From assembly GCF_037042905.1 (NCBI RefSeq), contig NC_087252.1, forward strand, positions 26,352,001 through 26,416,000: DNA of 64,000 nt, written 5' to 3'. Origin of the DNA: Lytechinus pictus (taxonomy: Eukaryota). The translations under genes were made by a program, and so were the position numbers. Under the pieces are notes generated by a model, which had not been told where the DNA came from, searched no databases, and was given only the letters and a program-made list of their open reading frames with translations. Position 1 is the stretch's first letter. Each line of letters starts with the position of its first letter. Shown piece by piece: positions 51,894-64,000 of the stretch.

Positions 51894-53898
51894 TTGCACT
51901 TTGCCTGCTTTAACCCGTCATATCAAAGATTTCATATTTTCAAAGTAGAACTTTAACGTGATATTTCCATGTGACTTCTAGACTAGTCTAAACTGAAAGT
52001 ACCAAAGTCTGTGATTAACATTGAAAACAGCTCTAACTATTTATCACCATGAGTTGTGTTCAAGAATAAAGACATCTTCAATAATCACATATTGTATCCA
52101 TATACATGTATAATGCAATCCTTTCATTCAAAAAACTATTTTTATTATTATCTTATTGAGCAAATAAATAGGAAGAGAAATGTAAAGATATAAAATTACA
52201 AATAATGCACAGGTATTATCAATATATCATATCAAAATATTAGTGGGCCACCTGAAATTTTCAACCTGTAAGTTATTGCTATATATAAGTTAGTTGAATC
52301 ATGCGATTCAATTAGTTTTTCTAGAGCAAATATTCCTATAATATGTTACAACGAGCAAAAACATGATTTCTGTTTGGACATGGAGGCATTGGTCAACATT
52401 ACAAGGGTCGTTGTAAACAAAGTTTTAAAAATTATGTGTATTAGTATGTATTTAAAAACACTGAGGAAGAAAGAAATCAAATGTGTATAGACACTGAAAA
52501 ATCATCCCTTAATTTCTGTGCCAGGGACAATAATTGTAACATAAGTACAGGGAATCAGGGATGGTAAATTCAGTTATTTGTACAGTTCTAATTTTTGAGG
52601 TGCTAGATATTGATTTGCAGGTGCGATTCCTTTCAGGACTTCATTTTGTAAACTTACCAGAGACACAGTGAACTCGTACCTCACAGTTTCAATTTGCCAA
52701 ATCAATGTTATCCTATGTCTTGAAACTAGATTCGGCTCAATTCAATTCAATTCTTTTAAAATAGGGCAGACTTCCTAGTCATGTTCTTGTTATAACCAAA
52801 ATGTTCTTGATAAGCAATTAAAGATTAAATGCCCAGAACATACTTTCTACATCAACAGGTTGAGTTCCCCCACATGGATGTCTGCATAACCCACAGCGTC
52901 GATCCCAGCATGCCCTAGCTACAGAGCCCTGCCGACCTGCTGGGAACAACCTTTCCTCACATGCACCTTGTTCTTTAGCTCACAGTGACAAGGCTGTACT
53001 ATAAACATAAAACTGATGTTGTATGGGTTGGAGGAGGTGGAAAATAGATGGATTTAAGATGAATACTGCGGGATAGTTTAGAAGAAAAAAATCGATCTTA
53101 AATCTTAACAAGTGGAACGCCTCTGGCAGTCTCGCCTGCATTACGCGATTTAATATAGCAGCAGTGCTAACTTTGAAAACTACTGTAAGATAATCATTCA
53201 CAAAAACACCATTCATATAATGACATAATACCACGTTCATTGACCATAGATGACATTTGAACAGTGACTTAAGACTTGTCAACTACACCCATGTCCACAT
53301 TTCATTCACTCTATCCATAAACTTTCAAAGTTATGATGGCAATTCAACAAATACCCCCAACACAGCCAAAGTTCATTGACCTTAAATGACCTTTGACCAT
53401 GGTCATGTGACCTGAAACTCGCACAGGATATTCAGTGGTACTTAAATAACTTAATGTCCAAGTTTCATGAACTAGATCCATAAATTTTCAAAGTTATGAT
53501 AGTAATTCAACAAATACCCCCAACTTGACCAAAGTTCATTGACCCTAAATGACCTTTGACCTTGGTCATGTGACCTGAAACTCGAGCAGGATGTTCACTA
53601 CTACTTGATTAACCTTATGCCTAAGTTTCATGAACTAGGTCCATATACTTTCTAAGTTATGAAAATACTTACCATGATTTTCTTATTTACGAGATAACTG
53701 GATATACTCATTTGATTTGCTAGTTCATTACGATTAACTTGCACGCCGAATAAAAGTACACAATTTTTCCTGCGCGCGCGCTGCATCTCCCTACGCACGC
53801 ACTATCCCAAGATCATCACGCAAAAAGGCGTCCATTTCCTCTCATGAGCCTGAACGCAAGACATGTTGCCACGCAAGGCAAGGGGTCGGTGGGAGGGT

Positions 53899-53997
53899 TC
53901 AAATGAGTATATCCAGTTATCTCGTAAATAAGAAAATCATGGTAAGTATTTTCATAATTTACATCAATAACTGGGATATACTCATTTGATTTGCTAG
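53899..53997. other. Internal complementary region (ICR) of the DIRS element
   Basis: 53899-53957 is the exact reverse complement of 53657-53715; 53952-53997 is the exact reverse complement of 60352-60397. Confidence 0.95.
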
Positions 53998-54099
53998 ACC
54001 AACACGGATTCAACGTGAATGGAGGCATGTCTAGACTAAGGAAGTGCGTACAAAAATAGGGAGATGAAGACACGAAAGGCCGCTGCCTTAAGGACAGAG

Positions 54100-54330
54100 G
54101 AGGTAAATAAGGCCTCATGTGAAGAAAGGTCCTTAAGAACAAGGAGTTAGAAGAGCGCCAAAAAGGCGGTCCTCAAGATGTCGTATACGACGATTCCATA
54201 GAAAGAGCCCAAGAAGAATGATACTATAATATCATGGGCCCTCGGCCTAGTGTCAGAAGGAGAACATCATCACCAACTGACTTGATCGTTTCAACAATCC
54301 AGCGTGAGAAGATGTCTCGAGAAGCTGCCG
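54100..54330 (-). pseudogene. Tyrosine recombinase C-terminal remnant
   Basis: Across frameshifts: WIVETIK...RPRAHDI...SSWAL...DILRTAF/WRSSNS...LKDLS, matching the HxxR and W...Y region of DIRS recombinases. Confidence 0.75.
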
Positions 54331-56049
54331 CAAACGGCTCGCGCGACAAAACAACCAACTGCACAGAGTTGGGAATTGTCTGAAGAATGGCAAACAAAGA
54401 CGAGGGTTAGAAGTAACACCTAATCTAAGCCTATCCCGGCAACGGTCCGGGAGCAATGCATAAGTATGCAAAGCTTTGTACTGTAAATGGTTATATATAA
54501 ACAGATACAGGAGGGATCTCGACTGATAGACAGACAAAAGATACCCTGAAAACCGACCCAAGAGGGAGTTAGTCAAGCGTCAAGAACGACCGACAGGTGC
54601 CATGACGGACTAAGCCATACAAGCTCAACGTTTGAGAAAAACTTAAGAGGTTGTAAGATTCGGATTGAAGGTATTAATCATCCGTAACCGGAGGGATGAT
54701 AATTGCCGATGATCAAAAAACGATCTGATTTTGTTGAAAATTTCGACAAGAATCGTGATCGGAAGACTGAAACTTGTACGGTTCAGTAAGTGATCCATCA
54801 ATCAATCTGAGAAGGCGACAGCGGGGCTAATAAAAGCCACGGTCAAGTCACCAGCTTAATAATTTAAGCCAAGCCGCAACCATGCAAACGTAAGGAATGC
54901 GAGATAACTCAGAAGCCCCCGCGTGGGAGAAGGCGCCCAGAATTCGATATCTGTCTCAAATGCGTGAGGGCAGAACATCTGCAGAATTCTGATAGAGAGC
55001 TGTGGCAGGACGTTTCCAGCGGTCCGAAAAGGACATGGAACGACAGAGAGTAAGGTTGAAGTAAACCACTCGTAAGGCAGTCAATGTGTCGAGAAAGGCG
55101 ACTGAGTGCCATTCTGTTAATAAGAAAATGCCACGGACCTGCTGTCTATGTAGAATAGAACAGTCTGGTCAAAGCAGCTCAAACGGGCGTGTCGGAGAAA
55201 AACGCGGCACGCATCACGACATAATAAGTGTGATAGACAGCGGATCCCTTTTGTCCCGTACTAAATAAAACACCCGCCCGAGGGTGCAGTGCCCGCGGCG
55301 GGAGAGGTGGGCGGTGGTTTGGCTGAAGCCACCATCGCCGAGAGGGTCCGTAAGACTAGGCTACGATGGATGTCCGCTGAGCGGAGTAATCCCTAGTCGC
55401 AGCAAGCGTACGCCAGAGATGAGCTGGCGAACAATGTCTCTGTCATGATCTTACGTGTAAACGATGATCAAGAGATGTCGGTCAAGATGTTCTGAACCAA
55501 CAGACAACGCCAGACATGATACCTCAACAGTTACGTTCCCGACGGAATCGAGTGAGGTAACAACGGCCCTGTCCTATCAAGGTTAGGGACGGAAACTGGC
55601 TAAGAGTGTCTAAGTCCTTGCTTGACGAAACAAGCGGAGGAGAAAGGCGACTTGAGGAAAATAATCACCAATATTTCCCTCAGTCTGCGATGAGAACCAG
55701 TTGTTTACGAAAACAGCCACAAGGCCTGGTTTCTATGGTGATCGCAAGGGCAAACACTGCCGGCGCCGGTTGCAACAGCATGGAACAGTCCGATATCGGT
55801 AAGATAAGGAGTTCCGAGAAACTGCGGGGGGCGGCAAAAATGACGCCCTAAGCAGCGAGGGATGAGAATCTATGCTTCTAAAAAGAAGAACTCCAGTGAA
55901 GTAAATCACTTTCATGGAGGGACTCATCCACAGTCGGCCCGAGAGAAAGCGGGTCGTGGTGATCGTGGTTAGACAGGCATAAGTATGCATACACACACGT
56001 ATACATTTTATACATAAATGTATATCCACCACGATTACATCATCCTCGG

Positions 56050-56403
56050 TCACGCAGTGACCATGGTCACATACATAGCATGGAAGGAGGATGAAAGCAG
56101 CCTGCGAGGCGACTCAAGTGTGCCGATTGAAAAAGTTTCTAAAAAGAAGACAACTCGACACACGGGCACGGTAAATGCATCGACCGTAGCCCACTCCACA
56201 CGAGAAAGCGGCGGAGACGCCCGCAAGCTTGACCCACATAGAGGGCAGTCTATCGGATAGACTGTTTGAGCTCGACCGATGGCCTGGTGGCGGACAGTTT
56301 GGTGTGAACTCGCCGACCCGGCACGGTGGGTGCGTCCAGGAAGTAGGCATAGAAATGCCGACAGAAAAAACCTGGGGCTTGAAACAAGCCTGAACACACG
56401 CAC
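56050..56403 (-). pseudogene. Possible reverse-transcriptase remnant
   Basis: WATVDAFTVPV...FSIGTLESPRRL loosely resembles DLKDAYFHIPI...LPFGLxxAPR; expected position in the element; no YxDD found. Confidence 0.4.
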
Positions 56404-57379
56404 ACAGCCGACAATCTAAAGAGATATATGGCTGTTTCTTTCCACCGAGATGATGCTTACCCGACCGGGAAAGACTCGGGGAACAAGTTGTGAATGTCAA
56501 CAGGAGGGGTATCTGGCGTATAAATAGCCGATTCCCTCCGGGCGTTCGGTGCGGGTGCTGCCGGCGGGGTCCGGGGGGACGACCGATGATGGCAGCTCGG
56601 GCAGGGCTCGCACGAGCCGCCCGAATACGAGACAAATAGGTTACAAAATAACCATAATGCACCGGGTGGTGAAGGCATAGCGATTATTAAGTATAGGAGA
56701 ACTATTAATCGCCGTGACATTCAGATCCGATATTTATGCTCATAAGCTCGGCAGAGCTACGAGATAGTGAGACATACCGCTGAGCGGTGATGGTGCTAAT
56801 ATCGGAGTCGCCCTCACTACAGCAGCGATCGCTGGAGGACGGGTGTTTGTACTAGCCCTGACTCTAACCTTGCAAGGAAGAGAAGGAGTTAAAAGTAAAG
56901 ACAGGGCACCCTTACTTTCGTATAGAAAGTGAGGTTCAGGCCAAAAGCTGACGGTCCCGTCGCCTGGGCGGACGGTCCGCGGGCGTGATAGGTTGCCCTC
57001 TCAAAAACAGCCAAACATTCTCATGAGAGAAGGAAGGCATGCGGTATGTTAGAAAATCTTACCTCCAATCTACAGGCCCGCCTAGGGGGTAGAATGGAGA
57101 GAGTTACCGCTGAAAGAGCCGTTGCCGAAAGCGATGCCCGGTCAAACTGTGAGGCTTGACGTAGAGGGCGAATTCGGGAGTACCTGCATATTAATGGGGG
57201 ATACCCATGCAGGTGAACTCGCCGACGGCTCCCCGGAGTGCGGGCTGGCGGGAGAAACTCAATCCGCTCAATGCCCGTCACCGGCAATAAGACCGACAGA
57301 AAACAGTCAAGCGGCTGCAGCGACCAACCAGCGACATACGAGGGCTTGCCGACTTGCTGGGTGAGACCCATACGTCAGC

Positions 57380-58285
57380 AGCACCTGTGCATATCATGAA
57401 AACACCCGTGCGGGTGAAAAGGGGCCGGCAATTTCAAAGAAAGGGGCCGGTGGCTGGTGCGAGGCTGTTGATAAGCCCAGCCGTCGCGTAGCGGCGGTCT
57501 GTAATGACGGAGAACACGAGGGTAAGACCCCGTAATGCTCGGGACGTGTTGATGCAACCTGTAAGGATGCAACGTCCAGCCGTCGGTCATCGAGAGCTTG
57601 CCAACATGTTGGCTTGAAAGCCGTATGTTGGAAGCACCTGCATGGAAACGGGGTCACCGTGTAGGTGAACAGCGTTTCAATAAAAGCCCGGCGTGAGAGG
57701 GCAGGTGACTGCTTGAACCGCACGGTGCTTAGCACGGCGGCTAAAGCTGACATGAAGCGGGAGTCTGGTGACATAATGGGGACGATGCCCGTATGTCGAT
57801 AACACCTGTGTATTAGCGGGAATTTCCCTTGCAGGTGCGTGAGCCGGCGAATCATGAAATTGCCGGTGACTCTCCGAGGTATGAGATGGCGAATGTCTGC
57901 TTGGCCTGCCCGGTGCTTGACACGGCGGCTGAAGCTGACATGAAGCGTGGGGGAATTTACCCGCACTGCTCGTGGGCGTGTGAAGCAACATGAGAGTTGC
58001 GACGCGTGACCCACAATTATCGGGAGTCTGGTGACATAATGGGGGGCGATGCCCGTATGTCGATAACACCTGTGTATTAGCGGGAATTTCCCTTGCAGGT
58101 GCGTGCGCCGGCGAATCATGAAATTGCCGGTGACTCTCCGAGGTGTGAGATGGCGAATGTCTGCTTGACCTGCCTGGTGTTTGACACGGCGGTTTTAGCT
58201 GACAGAGAGCATGAGGATAAAAATCCGTGATGCTCGAGGGCGTTCTGTTGTAACATGAAGTTACGACGCCTGACCATCGGCACAA
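57380..58285. repeat. ~264-bp tandem repeat inside the DIRS gag-position region
   Basis: atgcccgtatgtcgataacacc at 57785 and 58049; more decayed partial copies to the left. Confidence 0.85.
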
Positions 58286-59276
58286 GAATTACAAAGAAAG
58301 GGTCTGCCCGCGAAGCGGGGTTAGCAACCTAGAATTTCTTCTTCTTCCTCTTCTATGCGGCCCCCGCCGGGGGGCAGAATAGGGCACAAGAGACAGGGGG
58401 GACGTGATATCTCGCATGAGAAAAATCACCCAAATCTGATCAAGCCATTTAGGCACATGAACGCTAATTCCACGGTTCCACCTTTAAGGGCACGTGGACG
58501 CGATTCCACAGTTCCACCCTGATCAGATAATCGTGAGAATGACGGAGTCGAGCTCACGTGTCTCTAGCGACTAGGGGCTGGTAGCCCTTTGCTAATGCTC
58601 CCTGAAGGAAACTGACAAAGCATCGAGCCTAGTCTGTGCCGGGAAAAGAGTCCCATGCTCTTAACCCGGACTTGATGGACCCGATAGCCGGTAGGTAAAG
58701 CAGCCCTGGAGGAGTGAAGTTTTCTATACTAGTACCACACTTCCCAAAATAGGTTCAGGTCCCGTCGAGGGAGCCTTGGCTATCACCTTTCATGCACGTG
58801 GCCGCTGCGCCACGGTTCCACCCTAAAACGCTCGGGTACGTGGGCGCGGTTCCACGGTTCCACCCTCTTGGGCACGTGGACGCAACTCCACGGTTCCACC
58901 CTCCTTTTTCCAAGGCACGTGGACGCAACTCCACGGTTCCACCCTTTATAGAGCCCATCGCAAAGGGTCTCACTCTCTTGCCCTCATACTCACCGCCGCT
59001 GATCACGGGAACAATAATACCATGTCTGGTTCTCTCCCAGCGGCAGGTTTGGAGTCATCAGGAGATGAGTCAAAAGAGCTCATCTACCTGGTAAGTTCTT
59101 AGCTGAAAGAACAAAAGGAGGGTCGAAAACAGAGAGGGGGCGGACAAGAAAGGTGACAAAGCAAGATCCTTATCAGAAATATTAATAATAAAATTAATAA
59201 CTTCGGAAGAACAGGATCGACTTCTTAAACATGAGATCAAACAAAGTTAAGAAGCTGAAGTGAGAAAAAAAAACTA

Positions 59277-59329
<53 letters not shown>

Positions 59330-62300
59330 ATCACACGTAAACATGACGTTAATTAATTAAAAACAGAAACGTCTAAGTCCAAGGACGAAGAGCAGGATCA
59401 GCTAAGAAAAAAAAACACAAGTTTTTTTTTTTTTTTTTTTTTTTTTTTGACAAGGGTCAAAAGAAATAAGTAAAGGAGCTGATCTGAAAGGAAGAAGTAA
59501 AAACTTACTTCCCTTAAACTGGAAAGCCGAAAACTCATTAGCGAAAACTTTTTCAAAGGACGCTAATAGAAAACAGGGGGGCTTCCCAAAAAAATTTAAG
59601 AGAAAATTTTTTTTTAAGACAATAAGTCTAAAAAAAAAAAATTTCAATACAAAAATAATTATTAAAATTAATTAATAATTAAACAATTAACCAATTGGTT
59701 AATTAACAATTAATTCATTCATTAATTAATCAATCAATCAATTAATCAAACAAAAACAAAAGATTGATTGAGACAATCAACCAACTCACAAAGGAACAAG
59801 TTGAAAACAAGTTTGAGAACAAAGGACGACGCTCCTATCTGTCCCATAGCCTAAGCTGTGGGGAGGAAATAAAATCAATTCAATTCAAGACGAGGCAAAG
59901 GTGCAAGTCAAGAATAATAAAGAATTAAAAGATTTGGCGTCGTATCAATGCCTGCGGCACGCAGGAATAGTGCGCGGAGCTACGGGTAAGGGAAGCGGAA
60001 GCAACCCGTCTGTGAGAAAACGAAACTGACGTTCGGAACTCACAAGTTTATTTAAAGAAAAACGTGAATAATAACACGAATGCTCCATGCACTATGATAT
60101 AAATGAAATCAATCTATAGCCGAAAGGCAAAGGATTGAAATAGGCTGTAAATACATAGATAAATATGTAAACAACGGACACTTTTTATAGAAAAGTGGGA
60201 GTGTACTTAGCTAACGTCTGCTCACGGCGGCAGGCGAAAGTAAAAGAGGAAATGGACGCCTTTTTGCGTGATGATCTTGGGATAGTGCGTGCGTAGGGAG
60301 ATGATGAAAAATTGTGTACTTTTATTCGGCGTGCAAGTTAATCGTAATGAACTAGCAAATCAAATGAGTATATCCCAGTTATTGATGTAAATTATGATGT
60401 CATATCAAAAACTTAACCTTCGGTTAAGATTTTGAAAATAATTCTCCCAACATGGTCTAAGTTCATTGACCCTAAATGACCTTTGACCTTAGTCATGTGA
60501 CCTGAAACTCAGGCAGGATGTTTAGTAATACTTGATTAACCTTATGTCCAAGTTTCATGAACTAGGTCCATATACTTTCTAAGTTATGATGTCATTTCAA
60601 AAACTTAACCTTAGGTTAAGATTTGATGCTGACGCCGCCGCCGTCGGAAAAGCGGCGCCTATAGTCTCGCACTGCTATGCAGGCGAGACAAAAAGGAAGG
60701 GGAGCAAAGAGCACATTGTGCGAAAATTCAGGAACCATTTTGAAAGGAAAAGTTGTTCATATATGCACATAGTTTGGTTTCTTTGCATTCATGCCACAAA
60801 CAGGCATCATGGCATGCATCTGAAATCCAAGCTACATGGGGAAGTTACAAACTGATGCAGAGGTTTGAGGTTCAAGCCCTGACCACGTCTATCGGATGGT
60901 GACGTTAAAGGTCGGTCCCAGATGTAAATGATCATATCTGATTGATACATGTCTGTAAGAAACTCAGAACACACACACATTAATTTTTGCACTAAGCCTT
61001 ACACCATATGCATGCTTTGGTTGCCAAGCCCAGGAGGCACTGTAATTAGAAGGTTCATACTAGTCTACTGTGCAAACCCTTCACTTGAGTTAAGGGTCTG
61101 AATGTGCAGCCTACTCATGCCTTGTGTACTGAAGGCCCTCTCGCTCTCGCTGAATTGAAACAGCAAGTTTTGTATGTGCTAGTCTTCGCGTGGAGACACA
61201 CTTGCTGATCAAAGTTTCAATCAGGGTCTGTGCCTGCAGACTAGGTTGATACCATGCTCCCATATGGATTTCCAAAATGGACCTGCAATATGTAATCATC
61301 CATCCACCTCAGAGCACTGTAAACAAGGATCATTTTCACATCTTCCCCACCTAACATACTACCTCAATTATTCAGTTTTCATGATACCTTTTCATGTAAC
61401 CAGGATTGGAATTTCAATACCCTTTCACTGTACATGCTTTGTGTTTGGGCATGGTTTCCACATTCCTATACAAGTGCCCCCTCCCCCATCCCCCTACTAA
61501 TCAGATACACGATGTACACATGCAACAATAACTTTGTTAATGAGTTTCGGTTTATGATATTGGTTGAACCGTATAAAGAATCTCATTTTCCAAGGTTTTA
61601 TATGATATTTAAAGTATAAATGCTTGATGCAACAGCTTCAATAAATATTGCCAGCACAAAAAGAATATATGCCTTCTCCACTCCCTGGGGAGTATTCTTA
61701 CTACAAACTGAAATATATATCCTTGACATTTGAATATAACTTAAGATGAGTTTGCATGGAGGAACAGCAAAACTATGCATGCAAGTTAATTTCATCAAAG
61801 GTAACTTATATGTGTGTAGATAGAACCCTGTCCAAATGGAGTAACATATAATGATGAGCATGATTGTGACACCTGTCAACTAAACCCTTATATTGTGCAA
61901 TCATACCTCAAAAGGCCAGGGGCCTGTTTGATCAAACTTTTTATAATAACAAATTTGCAATAACAGTTAAAAGCTACTGAAATCATTCAATCTGATTGGC
62001 TGAGAGTAAATTTGTTATAGAATTGTGCATTATTTGTTGTCATAAGTCTTCATGAAATGGGCCCTTCAAGTTCAGTGTCTTTTCCAAAAATTGGCACAAG
62101 CAATATCAGTACACAGCATTCTAAATTTCATGTCCTCTGATAGATTTTCTTGGAACTATTATAGTCATATCTCTTTTTTGTGTGTGTGTGAAGCGAAACC
62201 TAGACATTCCTGTAAACTCCAAACAGGTTGTTCCGTTTTCAAAGACATACTTTCTATTCTTAACATGTGCAACACAGATGTTGTGCAAGGAGATTTTTCT

Positions 62301-62733
62301 GAAAGCAATGAATTTTCTCTCTATGTGTGTGGTTTGAATTTTGAAGCTTGCCTGGAAAACCTGAAAAATTTAGCAACGTTGAAATAGGGACACAGCATTT
62401 TCATATGAAATCAGGTTCAAATATGATTTGTTTTACTCTGTGAACTAATATCAAGCAAAATGATCTTGAAAACCAAAACGAATGGTCAACAAATTTGGTC
62501 TGAGCAGAACAAATGCAATGATTCTGTAGCTTTTAACAACAGTATAGGTGAAAATCATTGATCATTTCTTTCGTGAAATGCTTCCCTTATCACAATTTTG
62601 TCCTGAGAGTTATGATCCTGTTTTATTTGATCACTTTCCACTTTGCTTGGAGCGTCCAGTGACAACCTATTTAGTGGGGAAATAAATGTGAACTTGGTCT
62701 ATGGTTCACCATGGCAATCCAACTTTCCCCTAA

Positions 62734-62995
62734 AGGACAAGTCCACCCCAACAAAGTTGATTTGAATAAAAAGAGAAAAATCCATCAAGCATAACAATTA
62801 AAATTTCATCAAAATCAGATGTAAAATAAGAAAGTTATGACATTTTAAAGTTTCGCTTCATTTCACAAAACAGTTATATACACATTCTGGTCGGTATGCA
62901 AATGAGGAGACTGATGACGTCATCCACTCACTATTTCTTTTGTATTTCATTATATGAAATATGAAATATTCCAAATATGAAATATGAAATATTCC
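62734..62995. mobile_element. TTAA-target element, family A, truncated
   Basis: Left part of 14105-14697. Confidence 0.8.
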
Positions 62996-63024
62996 AATTA
63001 AGTCACACAACTAAACCAATTCAG

Positions 63025-63350
63025 TGGGATCCAGCTTAAGAAGCTGAATGTGCGCTGGGTCTTTAATTGAACATGGTTTTCCAACTTTGCTTTAAAACTG
63101 GAAATGCTTTTGCATGATGAAAAACCTACATCGAGTTTCTAAACACACATTAGGACTCTTGGAACGTACAGTCACACATTTACACCGATTCAGGTGGATC
63201 CAGATTCGGGAACTGAATGTGAACTGGGTCTTTAGGTCTTTACTTCTTTACCTCAACATGGCGTTCCAACTTCGCTTTAAAACTGGAAATGATTTTGACA
63301 GATGAAAAGCTACCTTGAGTTTGTAAACAAAAGTGAGGACTCTTGAGTCG
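63025..63350. repeat. Local diverged direct duplication
   Basis: ggatccag..ctgaatgtg..ctgggtcttta..ccaactt.gctttaaaactggaaatg..aggactcttg occurs twice. Confidence 0.7.
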
Positions 63351-64000
63351 ATCCTGACATTATATAGAGATATCATGCTGGCCATGGGGAAAGGATCTCC
63401 TATGAAGCTGTGTTACCATGGCTGTTTCGCACACAGCTGCAGCTGCGATGCTTTCCTTCCATTACATCCCACCGCTGTCACCTGTCTCGTGTGTTCAGAT
63501 AATTTAAGTAGTACGTTTTCTAAGACCGGACACTGCAGAAATGCCATTGATGATTAACACCGATCCAGTGTCTTACAGGTTAACACCAGAGAAGTGTTCA
63601 AACGGCACCATTTTGGCTTTGGGCTAACACCATATAGGCATTTACACACCATGCAGTGTTAGAGCAATAGTGGTTCACTTCTAAATTGGCGTTATTTTAA
63701 CACTTCTCTGGTGCCACAGATAATTTAATACCAGCCCAGCATCTATACTGGAACACACCAGAAAAGTGTTGAAATTGCACCAATTTGGCTTAGGTCTAAC
63801 ACCATATAGGCATTGAAACACTGCCAGTCAGTGTTTAAGCAACAACAGGTTGATTCTAAACTGATGTTCTTCAAACACTTATTTTTCAAGTTTCCTATGT
63901 AGATAACAAGTTGTTGGCGGCAAATTAACATTGGGAATTTTGCATTTTTTTATAAATTAAGCATAGGTTCAATCTTATAGCCCAGGATAACTGGATCACA

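Larger units (their letters stand above)
53657..60397 (-). mobile_element. DIRS1-type tyrosine-recombinase retrotransposon with degenerate ORFs
   Basis: ITRs 53694-53842 and 60245-60382; ICR 53899-53997 complementary to both termini; frameshifted YR C-terminus; weak RT remnant. Confidence 0.9.
53107..60694 (+). mobile_element. Helentron-associated repeat split by the DIRS insertion (arms 53107-53662 and 60392-60694)
   Basis: AACAAG start with subterminal GTCTCGCCTGC; 3' end has hairpin GTCTCGC..GCAGGCGAGAC followed by an A run; the same tandem units continue on both sides of the insertion. Confidence 0.7.

Noticed and set aside
58470..58945. Short repeats with variable spacers, superficially CRISPR-like
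   Set aside because: Eukaryotic retroelement interior; the spacers are related to each other and irregular, and there are no cas genes
61598..61879. Minus-strand ORF with hydrophobic stretches
   Set aside because: Contains a SINE-core fragment (ctccccagggagtggag), and has no usable donor or recognisable domain

Overview
AT-rich, repeat-dense animal genomic DNA. The SINE/MITE content looks invertebrate-deuterostome or sea-urchin-like, but that is inference. Most of the window is one minus-strand, multi-exon gene for a probably secreted protein built from tandem EGF/cbEGF modules (fibrillin/fibulin/MEGF-like). I could read 15 internal exons, all phase 1-1 with AG/GT ends, between 46036 and 1599, plus a probable terminal exon at 202-81. 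Together they give about 824 aa. The signal-peptide/ATG exon was not found. The introns carry many non-autonomous DNA transposons (TTAA-, TWA-, TA- and 2-bp-TSD types), tRNA-derived SINEs, (CAT/CAC)n microsatellites and several decaying duplicates of the gene's own exons. Three items stand out. (1) A 6.7-kb DIRS-type tyrosine-recombinase retrotransposon (53657-60397) with near-identical ITRs and a perfect ICR, inserted through a shared TTATGA core into a Helentron-like repeat; its ORFs are scrambled. (2) An intact 161-aa intronic ORF (25987-25502) that looks like an RLE-clade non-LTR element with the RT deleted in frame and a signal-peptide-like start. (3) A decayed intronless signal-peptide + Thr-rich + furin-site precursor (~51893-50800). 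I do not see firm evidence of a wholly new biological system; these are leads that need database searches.
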